Below are positions 49,801 through 62,262 of a stretch of 64,000 nt of DNA, one piece after another. Source of the stretch: Lingula anatina (Eukaryota > Animalia > Brachiopoda); NCBI GenBank assembly GCA_051362555.1, contig CM120648.1, positions 15,248,587 to 15,312,586 on the forward strand, read 5' to 3'. The notes under the pieces were generated by a model, which had not been told where the DNA came from, ran no database searches, and saw only the letters and a list, made by a program, of their open reading frames with translations. Each line of letters starts with the position of its first letter. The first letter of the stretch is position 1. Position numbers and translations under genes: made by a program.

Positions 49801-50765
49801 ATGATATTGAGCACACAGTCGGACTGTGTCCACCTTGCCAGAAACACCAAGCTGCCAACAGTAAGGAACCCTTATTGCCAGCAGATGTACCTCCCCGCGC
49901 ATGGCACACATTAGCAGCAGATTTGTTCTATTGGAGACAAACTGACTACTTATTAGTTGCTGACCAGTACAGCAAATATCCCTTAGTGCGGAAACTTCCA
50001 AGTACATCATCAGGCAGTGTAATTGCACACTTGAAGAGCATATTCGAGGAACATGGCATCCCTGAGATTCTTAAAACTGACAATGGACCTCAGTTTTCAT
50101 CAGAAGGATTCAAAAACTTCGCAAACACTTGGGGATTTACGCACATTACATCCTCACCTATGTATCCGCAGTCAAATGGATTCATAGAACGAATGGTACA
50201 GACTGTTAAAAGTCTATTTCAGAAAGCATGGGAATCGAATTCAGATCCCCACCTATCCATGTTATGTCTTCGCACAACACCCATTGATCACAACCTACCA
50301 GCGCCTTGTGAGTTATTGAATAACCGGAAGTATAAAACAAATATTCCCGCTGGACAGTCACAGTTGAACTCCGACTACAATGTAGCATTACAGAAGAGAC
50401 AGGAGGCAAGTAAAACACACTATGATCAGCATGTCAAACCGCTTGAACCTTTACATGAAGGAGAATTTGTTCGCATGTATGACACCCAGAATAATACATG
50501 GCAACCTGCCAAAGTTAAAACTGTATCAGACAAACCCAGATCTTATTATGTGGAATCCAATGGTGGAAATTACCGACGCAACAGGAAACACATTCATAAG
50601 ACAAAAGAACATTTTGATTTCAGAAACAATGAGATTGAGGAAACTGATGAACCTCTTGTTGACATTACAAACACAGAGACTGTTACAAAATGTGAAACAC
50701 CTCAATCTCAACCCTTACGCAGATCAAGCAGGAACATTAAACCTCCAGAGAGACTGAACTTATGA
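46839..50765 (+). CDS. gag-pol: Gag-Pol polyprotein, 1308 aa
   Basis: Two Zn knuckles; IDTGA protease; IADD RT; VDAS / EREMLA / TDH RNase H; HYAH..CPPC and D-D-E integrase; no stops. Confidence 0.96.
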   Translation: MEHMYGIQPPHMDWESMDLPRTFKLFKEKCELIFQGPLDAVSEERQVKFLLLWIGEKGREIVKTFNIDDPDVLTSYWQKLEEYTKPKSNFRIQRFKLRACRQEAGESIDSFVRRIRLVANECKYTDVDQHIIDTLIFGTNSERIQAKLLQREDDLTLDQALVIARTEEATKKQIEDLHSTAAKEIHALRPSGNSQRGRPRFRQPQHRTPRQQTQSKVPSKQRSRQPLQECGKCGTEHVFQQCPAKGTICLKCGKPDHWKRVCRTKTVTASTHSKTVHSVANESGSSSVYFDSIYVDSIQSKQSPVKPFADIEVKVGNSTSTLRCKIDTGAEGNVIPLSSFKKLAIKQPLKPTNDTITAYGGSKLPVCGIATLTFTNDKVMVTSDSYIVDCEGPVILGMETSQKLGLVTLNINTVTRQSILSEYKDIFEGIGKLDGEYHINIDPTVSPVVHPPRRVPIALQPALKEELDSLVEQGILSPVTQPTKWVNSCVCVTKPNGKIRLCLDPKDLNTAIRRPHHYTPTLDDILPQLSGARYFSILDLRSGYWNITLDEESSLLTTFNSPFGRFRYNRLPFGLSLSQDVFQAKIEEVFKDIPGCTGIADDLIIAGWQEDGSDHDATLRVVLDTARRKGIRFNEDKMILRKEEIPFFGHIIGKDGLKPDPAKVEAINVMNEPRNVSELQTFLGMTNYLSRYIPHMSQLTASLRDLCKKESVFQWNAEHSIAFNEIKREIANATNLQFYDSSKSLTLQVDASSYGLGAALIQDKGPVAYASKALTETESRYSNIEREMLAVVFGLEKFHHYVYGRHIKVETDHKPLEAIFKKHLHNAPPRLTRMLLRTQCYDTEIVYVPGKNIGLADALSRMKPCDGDDIKGLDITVHELHSYMNASPTRIEQIREETSKEPQLAALREMISVGWPATRSECPEILHPYWNYRDELGIADGIIMKGNRMIIPTVLRPDLLKQLHYAHQGVEKCKLRAKSSVFWPGMNNDIEHTVGLCPPCQKHQAANSKEPLLPADVPPRAWHTLAADLFYWRQTDYLLVADQYSKYPLVRKLPSTSSGSVIAHLKSIFEEHGIPEILKTDNGPQFSSEGFKNFANTWGFTHITSSPMYPQSNGFIERMVQTVKSLFQKAWESNSDPHLSMLCLRTTPIDHNLPAPCELLNNRKYKTNIPAGQSQLNSDYNVALQKRQEASKTHYDQHVKPLEPLHEGEFVRMYDTQNNTWQPAKVKTVSDKPRSYYVESNGGNYRRNRKHIHKTKEHFDFRNNEIEETDEPLVDITNTETVTKCETPQSQPLRRSSRNIKPPERLNL

Positions 50766-51071
50766 ATAAATTCAGTAATAGTGACTGTAACAAGTCAGTT
50801 GTGAAAGTGTCACAAATTGACTGTAATTTGAATAAGCTTAATCATAATTGTTTCATTTATGAACTCTGGACTTGAGATTCTGTTGACTTTTGTGTTAAAA
50901 CAAACAAACAAAAAAAAACATTTACATGTGCCTATGAACTGTGAACATTGAAATGTCTTGGAGACAAAGACAACACGGACAGTGAACTGATTATGTTTAT
51001 TAGCAACTTAAAAAAAAAAAAAAAATATTTCCAGGATTTATTTTTATTAAAAAAAAAAAAAAAAAGGGAGA

Positions 51072-51219
51072 TGTTGCATATTATAATGTAATTAACATAT
51101 CTCCCATAATGCATTGTTTTTTCTCTACCAGTTAGCCAGCATGGCTGGATGTGTTATGTAATAAATGAGTTATTAAAAAAATGTTAACTTGAGTTACATA
51201 ACAACAGAAAACTACGACA
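51072..51219 (+). repeat. 3' LTR of element 3
   Basis: Identical to the 5' LTR; preceded by the PPT. Confidence 0.96.
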
Positions 51220-51404
51220 CACACGAGCCTTAATTTTTCATTGTCCAAATCCCTCAAGACAAATGGACATTGGATTTGACATAAAATAGTTCTACATGTA
51301 CAAATGCTTCGTACTACTAGTATATCCTTAAGAGTCTTTTAGTTTAATCTATAAACATTTGAAAATTAAGCATTTATTCCTGACAATCTCATGAAATCAC
51401 TTAC

Positions 51405-51562
51405 GTGTCTAGGAGGTACTTAGCCAGACCTTCGTTAGTTACAAGATTCATTTGTTCTTTTAGAGTTTTCCACCTCTCTATCTGCTTGCCGATGTTGATA
51501 CAGTTGCTGCCTCCGCAGACATCCTGAGGACGCACTAGGATGGATTTTCCCCTCGATAGCAT
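51405..51562 (-). CDS. C2H2 zinc-finger gene, first coding exon
   Basis: TTTCAG acceptor at 51569, ATG at 51562, GTAAGT donor at 51404 (phase 2); reads MLSRGK...INIGKQIERWKTLKEQMNLVTNEGLAKYLLD; spliced CDS 1548 nt = 515 aa; probable 5' UTR exon ends at 51751. Confidence 0.75.
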
Positions 51563-51595
51563 CTTTTTCTGAAATACTGAAGCATTGAACAATGA

Positions 51596-51630
<35 letters not shown>

Positions 51631-54600
51631 ATAATGCCTGAAATCAGTTACCTATAATGGCATTTAACAGTTATAACCATTACTAGTCTGGGACGTTACA
51701 AACACATTGTTTCTGCAGAATCACTTTCGTTCGAAGGATGACATACTTACAATGGAAAACAAGTGTCAAGCGATATTGCACAGATTCCCATTTCCTTCCT
51801 CGCTAACACAATCCTCGTTCTTTTTCTGTGAAGGAACTCTGACGTGCCGTTTTACAGCCCTCCTCTTTTGACATGAAATTACTGATAAAATCTTCTTCCA
51901 TACCAAACTCTAAGAAACCTGTCTTGAGGAACGCCTCGCCGCTCCAAAGTGGCAAGAGGAGGTCGTAGGCTACTCGTTGCTGGCCGTTGCACCGTTAATA
52001 CACTCTGATAAACGTATGAGCACAACTCGACAGGCATGTGATTCTTTAAAAACAGATCAAATCTGTGCAAACTATGGAGATACTAATAACACTTTCAATG
52101 TTTTTTATTATTATTTTTTTTTTTACTAAGAATCATCCTCGCACTTTGCTTCATTGATGAATTTAATTATAGGCCTACGCCACAATGGCACTAAGAGATT
52201 ATGAAAACTAAAGCCCTATTATTTGTTGTTGTATTTATTTTTCAGTCAGAAAAAATTAGGAAACAATTTGGGACAATATTCCATGTTTAATGTTAAGTCT
52301 GTATATACTGCATTTTGCATTTATTGCATAAGTTTTGCATTTCTTGGTAATTATCTCCCAGTGACCTTAAATTCTTTTCTTCCAGCTCATAGTTTAGGAT
52401 ATATTTTTCTTTTTAGTTGCCCAAAAAGTTTGAAATTACTGCAAAACATGTGACAAACCTGTTTTTCTTTTTAATGAAGCCCATATTGCTGTATTTTTGT
52501 CCACTTCGCATTTATTTAGTACAGGTAAGCCTCACCCTAGATTTTGACCCACTTAGATCAGGCTAACCCTAACCATTATAACCATTATAACTAAATGGAG
52601 GGCGGGCTCTCTGTTACACGGACCATCAGTTTCGATACACTTCGTCCTTCGTGAAGAAAGTGATTTTACTCGGTGATTCCTGATTTTCACCACGCCAGAC
52701 TCATTTTGATTGAGATATGTATAATGTTTACTCAATGTGTTTTGTGATTTGATGACTTTATCTCCCGATAACTGTTATACCCCCTTATTCTATGATACTT
52801 TGCTGTCTGTTAATTATTTTGCAAACCTTTTACAAACAGTATCAGTCGCAAGAACAATGGCTTATGTACAAAACGGTAATCATATTTGTGGCTGAAATAA
52901 TGCCATCAAGTCTGTTTTGTGGCAGGAACAACGTACTACATGTAGCTATATATTTCCCACTCAACAGAATGGTTACTTCATGATCTTTCCACATTCGGAC
53001 CCATTTGGAAAAGTTTTCAGAACACAAATAAGCAAAGTAAAGCGCTTGAATAATGAAAATAAATTAACTTTATTTACAGATAAAAATCACAATAAATATG
53101 GCATCGAATCAGCGTCAGGGCACAATCATTACATATCGGTAAACGCCTGGATCGGCTTCTTTATTGTCGGCTGCTTATCTGTTGAAATGGCAAGAAAGGT
53201 TGGCTTACCCATATTTACAATAATTAAAAAATTGGCTTTCGTGGCCTATACTGCGGTCTAAAATATTTACATTGCCCGTTGTGATAACATATTGACATGG
53301 AGAGACACCGTTTGCTCTCATTGTACCGTTTACTTTTTAACGATATCAGAATGTATCTTTTTACACAATGAACATATGTACAGTTCTGATGGACTATACA
53401 CCTATGTATGTATACCCCTAAAGAGCGAAAGAAAAACCTTTCTCAGTTCCGATGAATCATACATAGAACGTATGCAGTGAAACAGTTCACATTTAAACAA
53501 CCTTTTTTTTCTTTGTCACAATCCCTTTTTCTGGATTTTGTCAGCGTTCCACAATTTAATGTTTCAAGTTCGATACACATGCTTCAAAGTAAGAACGATG
53601 AAAAGAACACTTAAATCTCAAATATTAATTTTTGTTGTTGTTATAAGAAATCAGAACAGCGCTGAACATTTTGTGATCAAAAAATTATTACATTCCCTAC
53701 AGAGTCGCCAGATTCATTTGCCATACATTTCCGTCTTTTTTTAGAAAAAAATCATAGGGAGTGGCCAATGATTAGGGAGCGCTCTGCTTACAGGTATCAA
53801 GTCCAGGTCAACTGCACTTCTTTTCTGACTTAAGTAGAACTCTGAAACGATGATGTAGGAAAACGCCCAGGATTTGAAGTTCCTAATTACGCTGTACACC
53901 TGTTAACTTATTCACTGGGCTAATAAAACTGCCGTGCTGCTGTAGAGAAACCACTGAAATGGAAGTCCAGTCACTACTGCCTATATCATCTATACCCCTC
54001 GAATTATATTCCACAATTTACCAGTTAAGTGTTTATTAGTTTATCAATTGTGAATTGTGAATTGTGGACGGAAGACAGTTGGCTTTCTAGGAAGCATTGT
54101 CTTTGCGGATTGCTTTAAACAACTGAAAACTGAACACTTCGGCTGAAAACCCAGGAGCATTCTCTCTGCTACAAACCTAAACATCTTATGATCTAGCAAA
54201 AAATAAACTTCGTAATATCTTTCTTAAACCTAACTATGCACGAATCCTTAGATGTTTCTTGTTTAAAACTAAAACATTTTTCGAGTTTTTAGGAAAAGAT
54301 TCATACTTTAAGACAACTTTAAGGCTGTATAAAGAGTCCATAACAAGGGATTCTTGCAGGAACAACCGCAATACTGCACTTATAATTTGAAGTGCAGACA
54401 AATGAAGGAATGAATATCAATGTTAAATGAGATGAATGAGCTGACGTGGTAAAACATATCACATGCCACTGTGTTTGCACATAACTGAGAAATCGTTCCG
54501 GGCATCACGTGACTGCATGACGTCACTTTGCTTTTTGTGTTAAAACAAGCGTGTCCACCTTGCGTTCCTTTCGAGCCGTCTGTTTTACGAGAGAATGATA

Positions 54601-54814
54601 TTTCTGGTAAGAGTGCGGAAGTGACAATCACATTGGATGATGTCCTTGTTTTTCATGATGCAGGGACAAGTGATGACAATACTGCAGAGAGAGACCTTGC
54701 AGAGACTGCAGTGTATGGTCATGATGCCGTAATGTAAGATAGCAATGCTGCAGTACAGTGATTTCGGAGCTACAGTAACCGCATTGGATGACGACGATCT
54801 TGTAGACACTGTTT

Positions 54815-55282
54815 TCATAAGCAGTAGTGTTCCTCCACCTCCCGCCTACATTCCTTACACTTGACGTAACAACACCAGTGGAACTTACACATACATCTCT
54901 CTACCACCATCTTCCGCCTCGTCTTGAACCCCCGCCCGCAACACATCAAGTCGCAGCCGTCGATGGCCTTGGAGCTGCTGTTACACAGTCGCCCCCTGGT
55001 CCCCAGGGAGCCTATGCTGGGGTCCGGGTCACAGAAGTCAGGGGAGGGTACCAGGTACACCAGGTCCTCGTGGGTGTGGGGCTTGAACTGCTTGTTGACA
55101 GGGACAAGCTGCCGCCTCGTACCGATTCTCTCCTGGATCGCCTCCGTCGCTCCGTCAAATTTCTCCTTGAGTCGCGCCCCGACCTCGCGGAAGGTAGGCA
55201 TGGCCCGCCAGCAGGTCTTCAGTTCACAGGACCCGGAGACGCCATGACACTTGCACTCTACCTTCATGTGCTTCTCCACAGA
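54815..55282 (-). CDS. Wnt4: Wnt4, last coding exon
   Basis: [65 protein letters not shown]; TTTCAG acceptor, phase 0. Confidence 0.95.
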   Translation of the reverse strand, partial: SVEKHMKVECKCHGVSGSCELKTCWRAMPTFREVGARLKEKFDGATEAIQERIGTRRQLVPVNKQFKPHTHEDLVYLVPSPDFCDPDPSIGSLGTRGRLCNSSSKAIDGCDLMCCGRGFKTRRKMVVERCMCKFHWCCYVKCKECRREVEEHYCL

Positions 55283-57999
55283 CTGAAATAAAAAGAAACT
55301 CATTATGAAATAATACGAAAACCCATTATAAAACAATAGGGAAACTCTTTATAAAATGACACGAAAACTCAATTGCTCTAGTTGCACTTAAATGACCACG
55401 CTAGATTTTAACAAAAACTCTACATTTTGCTAAAACTATTAATGTGAGAAAAATAAATTATGTTGGATTTCCTTTATTTCCATTGTGCTATCAAGTGCTT
55501 TAATTCGGTATTGCATCTTTTTTGTTAAACTGATTTGAACACTCATGGTTTAAAACAGATAATTCTGACCACATAAAAACAAGAGTAAGTAACATTTCAG
55601 CATGCGTTCAAACCACAGGCAGCTACTTGTCCACAGATAAAAACTGTTATGAAAACTTTTCCGGAGGATTTTGAACATAGGCAAATGAAAAGGCAAAATT
55701 TCCCAACATCTTCTGTAAACATTCTTTTATTTCCCGACCTTAACTCTTTCGATTTCCATCTTTTAAACACTATAAAAATCACTTGGGTGACAACACAGCA
55801 CTGACAAAGGGAACAGTTGCGCGCATTTCACCGGGCGTTTTAAACATTCCGTAAACGGCTCAGAAGATGTAAAATCCAAGGGAATGAACGCAAGTTCCCT
55901 CGATTTCCAAATACTTTGTCAGGGCTGGGTGTATATTAGGTAGTGTAGTAATTACCCAGAGGTGATGACAGCGGTACACCAGGGTATGCCAACACTGCCT
56001 ACACTGGATACATGTGCTGACATGTGGCACACGAGACCAGATGGAAAACACTGCTGATATCACTTATACTTCACTTGCTTTTCACTGGGAAAAAACGAGG
56101 CAATCAACCAAGGCATTTGGCGGCTTCCAGAACCAACTTGAAAGAACTCTGAAAGCGTTCTTAGGAGGTATTCCGACAAAAGCAAAGGACCACCACGTGA
56201 CAATAGGCCTCGTCCATTACATAAACATCAACAAACCTATCGCTTAATTAAAACAATCATGGATTCCTTTAATATTTCTTTTTTATTTCTTTGTCTTTAT
56301 TATCTTTACATATTTAATAAATCCTTATCCAATAACATCAGACTATACTTTCAATAGTGTACTTCATTACCATTTCATATTACTCATCTATATCTTAGAG
56401 TATAATATAAGTTTAGTGTAATAATAATTATCCATCAAAATCTCATGACATCTTTAATGACCTTCAATGATGTGTTTCTCTGTAGTTTGATATGACATTC
56501 AATACATTACACTGACCAACTCACTCCTCAGAAACCATCAAATTATCTTCATTGTCCTTCATTCATGTCGGTATTTTGTTTATACTTCAAAATTTCGCAT
56601 TCTTTAAAATTTCACGACTTTTAAATTAAGGCTTACAAAATGAAATTTCCATAAATAAAATGTAGATACAGGTCAGCTCTGTCATTCTATTCCAAAAGCT
56701 ACACAGTTCCTTTCCAGTTAACCATAGGAACTCCAGAACCACAGATTCATTTTTCATTAAATACTCACGGATATGTCACTGACTTCTTCATGACGTTTTT
56801 AAAATTATGTCTCTGTAACAGAACATTCCAGTGTAAAGCTGTTCTACCTCACCAAAAATAAGAACGCGTTTGCGTCATGTTCATATGACACCGTGTACAT
56901 AGACAGACCCGGTAAAGAAATAAGGTAGATCTACTCAAAGAAACAGTTACAACGGTTTGAAGGCGCAAATATTGACATACAGTCTGATGTATTCTACAAA
57001 CGCAAAAACTTTTCATTTGACGATGTCCCACTCAATAAAAGCAGTCATTCTCTCACTTTTTTATCGCTACGACAAGAAGACCATTCTCAAAGCACTCTTT
57101 TTTCAAGTTCTAGAACATTCAACGACGTGCCTTTACTAAAATTTCGACAGTTTTATATCAGAGCCTTAGAATAATGAAATATGGCACGCGTTTTTTAAAG
57201 CTTTTTACAAAAACTCTTGCATAAGAGGACTTGTGAACCTAATGTCCACGTACAGTTATGAAATTATATCAGTTGCTGAATCAAATACTTTCACAAGGCA
57301 CACATTCTTACACTTAAGAAACGAAAGAAAGTTTACCAATGCATTATCTGTAAAAATGGCGCAAATCATACCATCCAACATTTATGATACTTTTTCAGTG
57401 TTTAGAAACCAGAGCTCGAAATAATGATATCAATTGTTAAAATGAGGGGGGACATGTTTCACGTGCTCTTATCTAGCTCGATAAGACGAAGGAAGGTAGG
57501 CGCACATGAAAAGGGGCACACGTACAGAAAATACAGTTGTAAGTCAGCCTTAGCCCCCATTTTAATAAGGCAGAAACGCATGACGATTCAAACAGTCATC
57601 ACTCACGTACGGAGAGATGAATGTTGACTTTACCACAGTAATGTCAAAGCTGAGGTGTCGGCGTAAAAAATCACTTTGAAAAAGAGATGGGTTCTTATTA
57701 GGGGAGTCTTAATGTGTTTACTTTAATATCAGCAACTAGGTTCTAGAAAGCATTATGAGGGAGAGTGTGCGGCCTAACTTTTCCCAGATTGCCAGATGAA
57801 CATTAAAAAGCATTTTGGGCTCTCCTCAAATCCTTGATTTTTCAGAGGAACTCGACTAAGTGACTACTAACTGTCATTAGGATGGTAGTTATGTACCAAT
57901 AAAATGAACACTTGAAGCAGCATGTATCTAATGTACTGAGGGGGCGCATAAGTACCTGCTACCCTGTGGATACAGGTAGCAATATTGGCCTCGGCTACC

Positions 58000-58668
58000 C
58001 ACCCTGAGCTTCAGAGATAACTTGACACTAACCTCTTCACAATCGCCTATCTTCATCGTGTCAAGTTACCTCTGAAGAAAATAGTTTGACCTAGTTTATA
58101 TAAGCCAATCGAATCCAAGTTTCAAAATTTTTCACCAAAGTTTGGTGAAAACGCTGATTGGTTGACCGTCAATCGGCAATCCTCGGCTGATTCCGCAAGC
58201 TCCATACTAACAACAAAGTTATTGTCGAGTGCGGAGACATCCGAGTAGTTCCGAGTGCATAACCGTACACAAAGAAAGCATGGCGTCTCCTACGAGTGAC
58301 TACGTAAAATAATGTGTTAAGTTATCTCTTGATTCTTTGCAAAATATGAGTATATCGGAATTAAAAGCAGAGCAGTTTGAGGCCCTGCATCATTATCTAC
58401 TGAGGGATGATGTATTTTGCGTGCTGCCCACAGGTTACGGCAAGTCCCTGATATTCAGCCTTATCTTTGATTGGTCCGGATTTGAACAAAGCGCGCTTTG
58501 ACTCGTTCGCGTTCATTGGCTAGATCGTTCAATGAGTCATTGAGTGCGGGCTTTAAATTTGATTGGCGGGCGGCGGGGGCAATCGAATGTGATCAGAGGT
58601 AACTTGACACGATGAAGATAGGCTATAGTGAAGAGGTTAGTGTCAAGTTATCTCTGAAGCTCAGGGTG
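58000..58668 (+). mobile_element. MITE with ~76-bp TIRs, 8-bp TSD and an N-terminal RecQ-like helicase fragment, in a Wnt4 intron
   Basis: CACCCTGAGCTTCAGAGATAACTTGACAC... inverted at both ends; CGGCTACC on both sides; 58280-58465 reads ..ELKAEQFEAL..DDVFCVLPTGYGKSLIF. Confidence 0.88.
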
Positions 58669-58847
58669 CGGCTACCGTGCTTACCGTAACAGAAATAATG
58701 CATACATAGACCTCCGGGAATTAGACACTTAGTGTAAACTAGAATACAACAATTCTGGGTTAAGACAACAAGAAGGGAAGTTTTCCTGCCGCCAAGGCAC
58801 GTGTCTTTTTGACCTACCGCCTGGCGCATGCGCAATGTCACACCTAC

Positions 58848-59122
58848 CCGTCTTCCGGCCTCGTTGTTGTGCAGGTTCATGAGCGCCCTTCCTCCCCCTT
58901 TATGCCGGTGTCTTTCCCTGGCGTCCACAAACGCTTTGGAAAACGCATTTCCATAGGCTATGTTATCCGAGCATCCGGACCAGGTAAATCCATCCGGGCT
59001 CTTTCCATTAATTGTCCTATCACAACCACATTTTTCTAGTTCTCCGCTACTGCAAGCCCGCGTTACGCTGTGGGCGACACCTGCCGCAGATATGGCGTGA
59101 ACGAACGCTGCTTCCCTCGTGC
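58848..59122 (-). CDS. Wnt4: Wnt4, penultimate coding exon; upstream exons lie beyond the window
   Basis: [63 protein letters not shown]; AG acceptor at 59123, GTAGGT donor at 58847; in frame with the last exon. Confidence 0.95.
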
Positions 59123-60147
59123 CTAAAATAAGTTATAAAGACATTGCATAAAAACGAAATGGTACTTTTTGTTTTTGTAAGTTACAATCCTCACGTGTTT
59201 AAATTTAAGTACTGTTGACAATAATTTAGGTAAAACGCTCAAAAAGGTTAACAATTTCAGCGTGGCAATAATGGCATCGGTATTTCCAAGTTTCTTCATA
59301 TTCAGACTGGTTTGGCCTCTACGCCACGTTCTATCTGGAATGGCCTGTACAACACGTTCTTTCTCAGTAAACATTAAACACGCACAGCAGTCACATTAAA
59401 TCAATTAAACATTGCATTTTAGTTATATTTAGTTAAGATCGACGCTGATCAACAAAGATTCAACATTGATTCAACGTTGAAAAAGCAACAATGTAATTGT
59501 TGTTTTGATCCAGATTTGTAACCACAAAAAGAGTATAATAGGTTCAAGATTCAGTTGTACATGTGGATTGATTTTTATCATCGGCATTAAATTCACATTG
59601 AATTTAAGATCAAATTATAATGATCCCCTAGTGAGAGGACAGCAATTTGTGTTGATATTATACCAATAAAGAATGTGTATTATATGTGGTAAGATTTCAA
59701 AGTTGTATCTAATTTTCAAACTCAATCATTAGCCTATATTGGGTGTTGATTCAAACATTGCGGGCCTGCAGGGTGAATTCAACTGGCTATCTTTCGTTCT
59801 TTAAGTTTAATAAACTTTGACTATTAGACACAAGCAACTTCTAGTAAGTTTAATTGCACACATTGAACATTACACCCTTATGTGGCAAAATGAAATTATC
59901 CGGGAATGCGAACAATCTTTTAATCACAAAGGTATATCTGTTTTTAGTTTTTAAAAATGTAGCATGGCGAATTTCACTCGAACGGTAAAATGTACAAATT
60001 AACATGTAGAAAACGGGAAATAACTCGTATTTCTGATAGTGTACCTTGGTGGTAACAGGTAAATTGTTGCATTTACCAGGGATGTTTTAAGCGCATAAAA
60101 AAGCGTAATGTTTGCATTTAGAGACCTTTCTTCTTTCACTATACATA

Positions 60148-61809
60148 CAGGGTTACCACTTAATATGGAATATTTTTTATCATTGTTATTTTTGAGTGCT
60201 GATTAAATTTTTTTGGCTAGAGTCATTAAAAAAAAGTATGTCACTGAGTGATAATAACATCCAGTCTTCTGTTGTGAGATATTTTGGTCAATAATATCAA
60301 ATCTGACATAAGATGCTATTCAAAAGAAAGGAACACCCCCAGAAAACCATATCAACAGTTTGATGTCAGTATAAACTTTAAGATAAGATATTAAGGAAAA
60401 TGATAGCCTCCAGACAGTGATATGTCACACATGTCAAAGAACTCACTACAGTAAATCATGAAAAGTCAGTAATTGCGGGTATGACCTCCAGCAGCCGCTT
60501 GCAGCGCCCTCATCCTACATGGCATATCCTGTGACACGTTTTTTAGAGTTTGGGTGGGGATATCATTCCAAGCAGTGATATTTGCCTGTCGCTGTTCATC
60601 ACTATTTACCGGCCGAGGACCATAGCTATTAATTCTGTGAGTTACTTCCGCCCACAGATTTTCAATTGGGTTCATATCTGGAGAGTTTGCAGGCCAGGGC
60701 AGTTGCTGAACCCATTGGTTTTGAAGAAAAACAGTGATTCTGCGGCCTCGATGTGGGGTTGCGCAGTCGTCTTGGTACACAAAGTTGTTCCTGAAGATGA
60801 ATCTTACCAATCGAAGCATTGTTTGCTGTAGAATGTCTCTGTAGGAATCCTGGATGAGGTTGCCTCCTAGGAAAACCAACTGGTTCTGGGCACCGACATG
60901 AAATGCTCTCCAAACAGAGACGTTACCATCCCCTGCTTGCACCCTAGGAGGTACACAATCATTGTTTTATGTCCCTCGTACACGTCGGTGGACACGGATT
61001 CGAGGATCAACCCTAAAAAAATCCATATCTGGCCTTATCACTGAAAACAATGTGATTCCAGTGTTTTGGCTGCAAACGCACGTGGTCCCCAGCCCTTTGC
61101 AGACGTCGCTGTATATGACCTGCTGTTAACAGTGGTTTCCCTACTGGCCTTCGTGCAAAATAACCGGCTTGCAGTAATCTCTTGTTCACGTGGGACCTTG
61201 AAACGGGCGTTTGAATGACATTCTGCCTCTCTTTTCTGAGGACACTGGTTGCCTTTGTACGACCAGCACGGCGTCCACTAAGGAGAAGGCGATCCTGTCT
61301 TCTTGGTGTGATACGCGGACACCCTGGTCGAGGTATTGGAGTAGGTGCCCCAGTAGCAGCATTTCTTTGGAGGATTTCACAAACGGTTCCTGATAAATGT
61401 TGAATTACCTGGCAATGGTTGTCCGTTTCTGGCCATTTTCTCTGAGAGCAAGAATCCCATAGTAAGCTGCGTTGCTTTGTTGTCGTACCATATCTTCACT
61501 AAGGTACCTGTCAAGTCTCAGAGCGATCCCTTCGTTGCTTCTCTAAACACGCTCCAAAGATTGACCAAACCCATGCGTTTTTATACAAGGGCAGACATTG
61601 CCGAAAAGACCACCCTCACATTTCTGACCACAGAACATGCAACTGCATGCATCAATTGTTTCGAGAGTTGTGTTGTAATTAGTTAACACATCTGGCTACA
61701 CATGAAAAGACACCTCAGCTTTGGATTTAAAGTAGTTAGAGAGAAATTAAATATTTTGTAGAAAATTTATTCGCCAAAAAATAATATTCCATATTAAGTG
61801 GTAACCCTG
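60148..61809 (-). mobile_element. Full-length defective Tc1 (DD34E) transposon in a Wnt4 intron
   Basis: TIR CAGGGTTACCACTTAATATGGAATATT; TA TSD at 60146-60147 and 61810-61811; 1662 bp. Confidence 0.93.
60466..61491 (-). pseudogene. Tc1 transposase pseudogene
   Basis: ATG at 61491 with an early stop; IVFSD; YQDD followed 34 residues later by E in WPANSPDMNPIENLW; GGHT C-terminus. Confidence 0.88.
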
Positions 61810-61874
61810 TATGTGTATGTACCCTTCAAACATTTCGGTTTTTTATTTAAAACTTGCACCCCATTTCCATAGAT

Positions 61875-62262
61875 TTTTAGATCGATCTATCCCTGTGGGG
61901 AGTCTCACTAGATTACTGTCAGCTTGGCCGGCTTAAGCGTCTGTCCCGCCTACTAAAAGCTGTAAGGGGGTAATTAACTATGGTGTCCGCTCGGCTGACC
62001 GCAATTTAGCCTGAACCCCCAGGGAGTTAGGTCGATCTAAAACTTAATCTTTAGATCGATCTAACACCCCATTCTCATAGATTAAATCGACCTACATTGG
62101 ATCGACCTAACTCCCTGGGGGTTCACGCTAAATAGCTGTCAGCCGGGCGGACACGAAAGTTAATTACCCCTTACAGCTTGTAGTAGGCGGGGACGGACAC
62201 TTAAGGCGGATTATCTGACAGTAATCTAGTGAGACTCCCCGCGGTGATAGATCGATCTAAAA
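61875..62262. mobile_element. Foldback-type MITE with ~165-bp imperfect arms
   Basis: TTTTAGATCGATCTATC..GGGGAGTCTCACTAGATTACTGTCAG.. mirrored at ~62100-62262. Confidence 0.8.

Larger units (their letters stand above)
46580..51219 (+). mobile_element. Intact Ty3/Gypsy LTR retrotransposon (element 3, Mag-like), intronic and antisense to the host gene
   Basis: Identical 148-bp TG...CA LTRs; CACAC TSD; tRNA-Leu-like PBS; PPT AAAAGGGAGA; single unbroken gag-pol ORF. Confidence 0.97.

Noticed and set aside
52555-52595. CTAACCCTAACC as an interstitial telomere
   Set aside because: Only about two units; too short
54827-55291. Plus-strand ORFs of 154 and 107 aa
   Set aside because: Antisense shadows of the GC-rich Wnt4 exon
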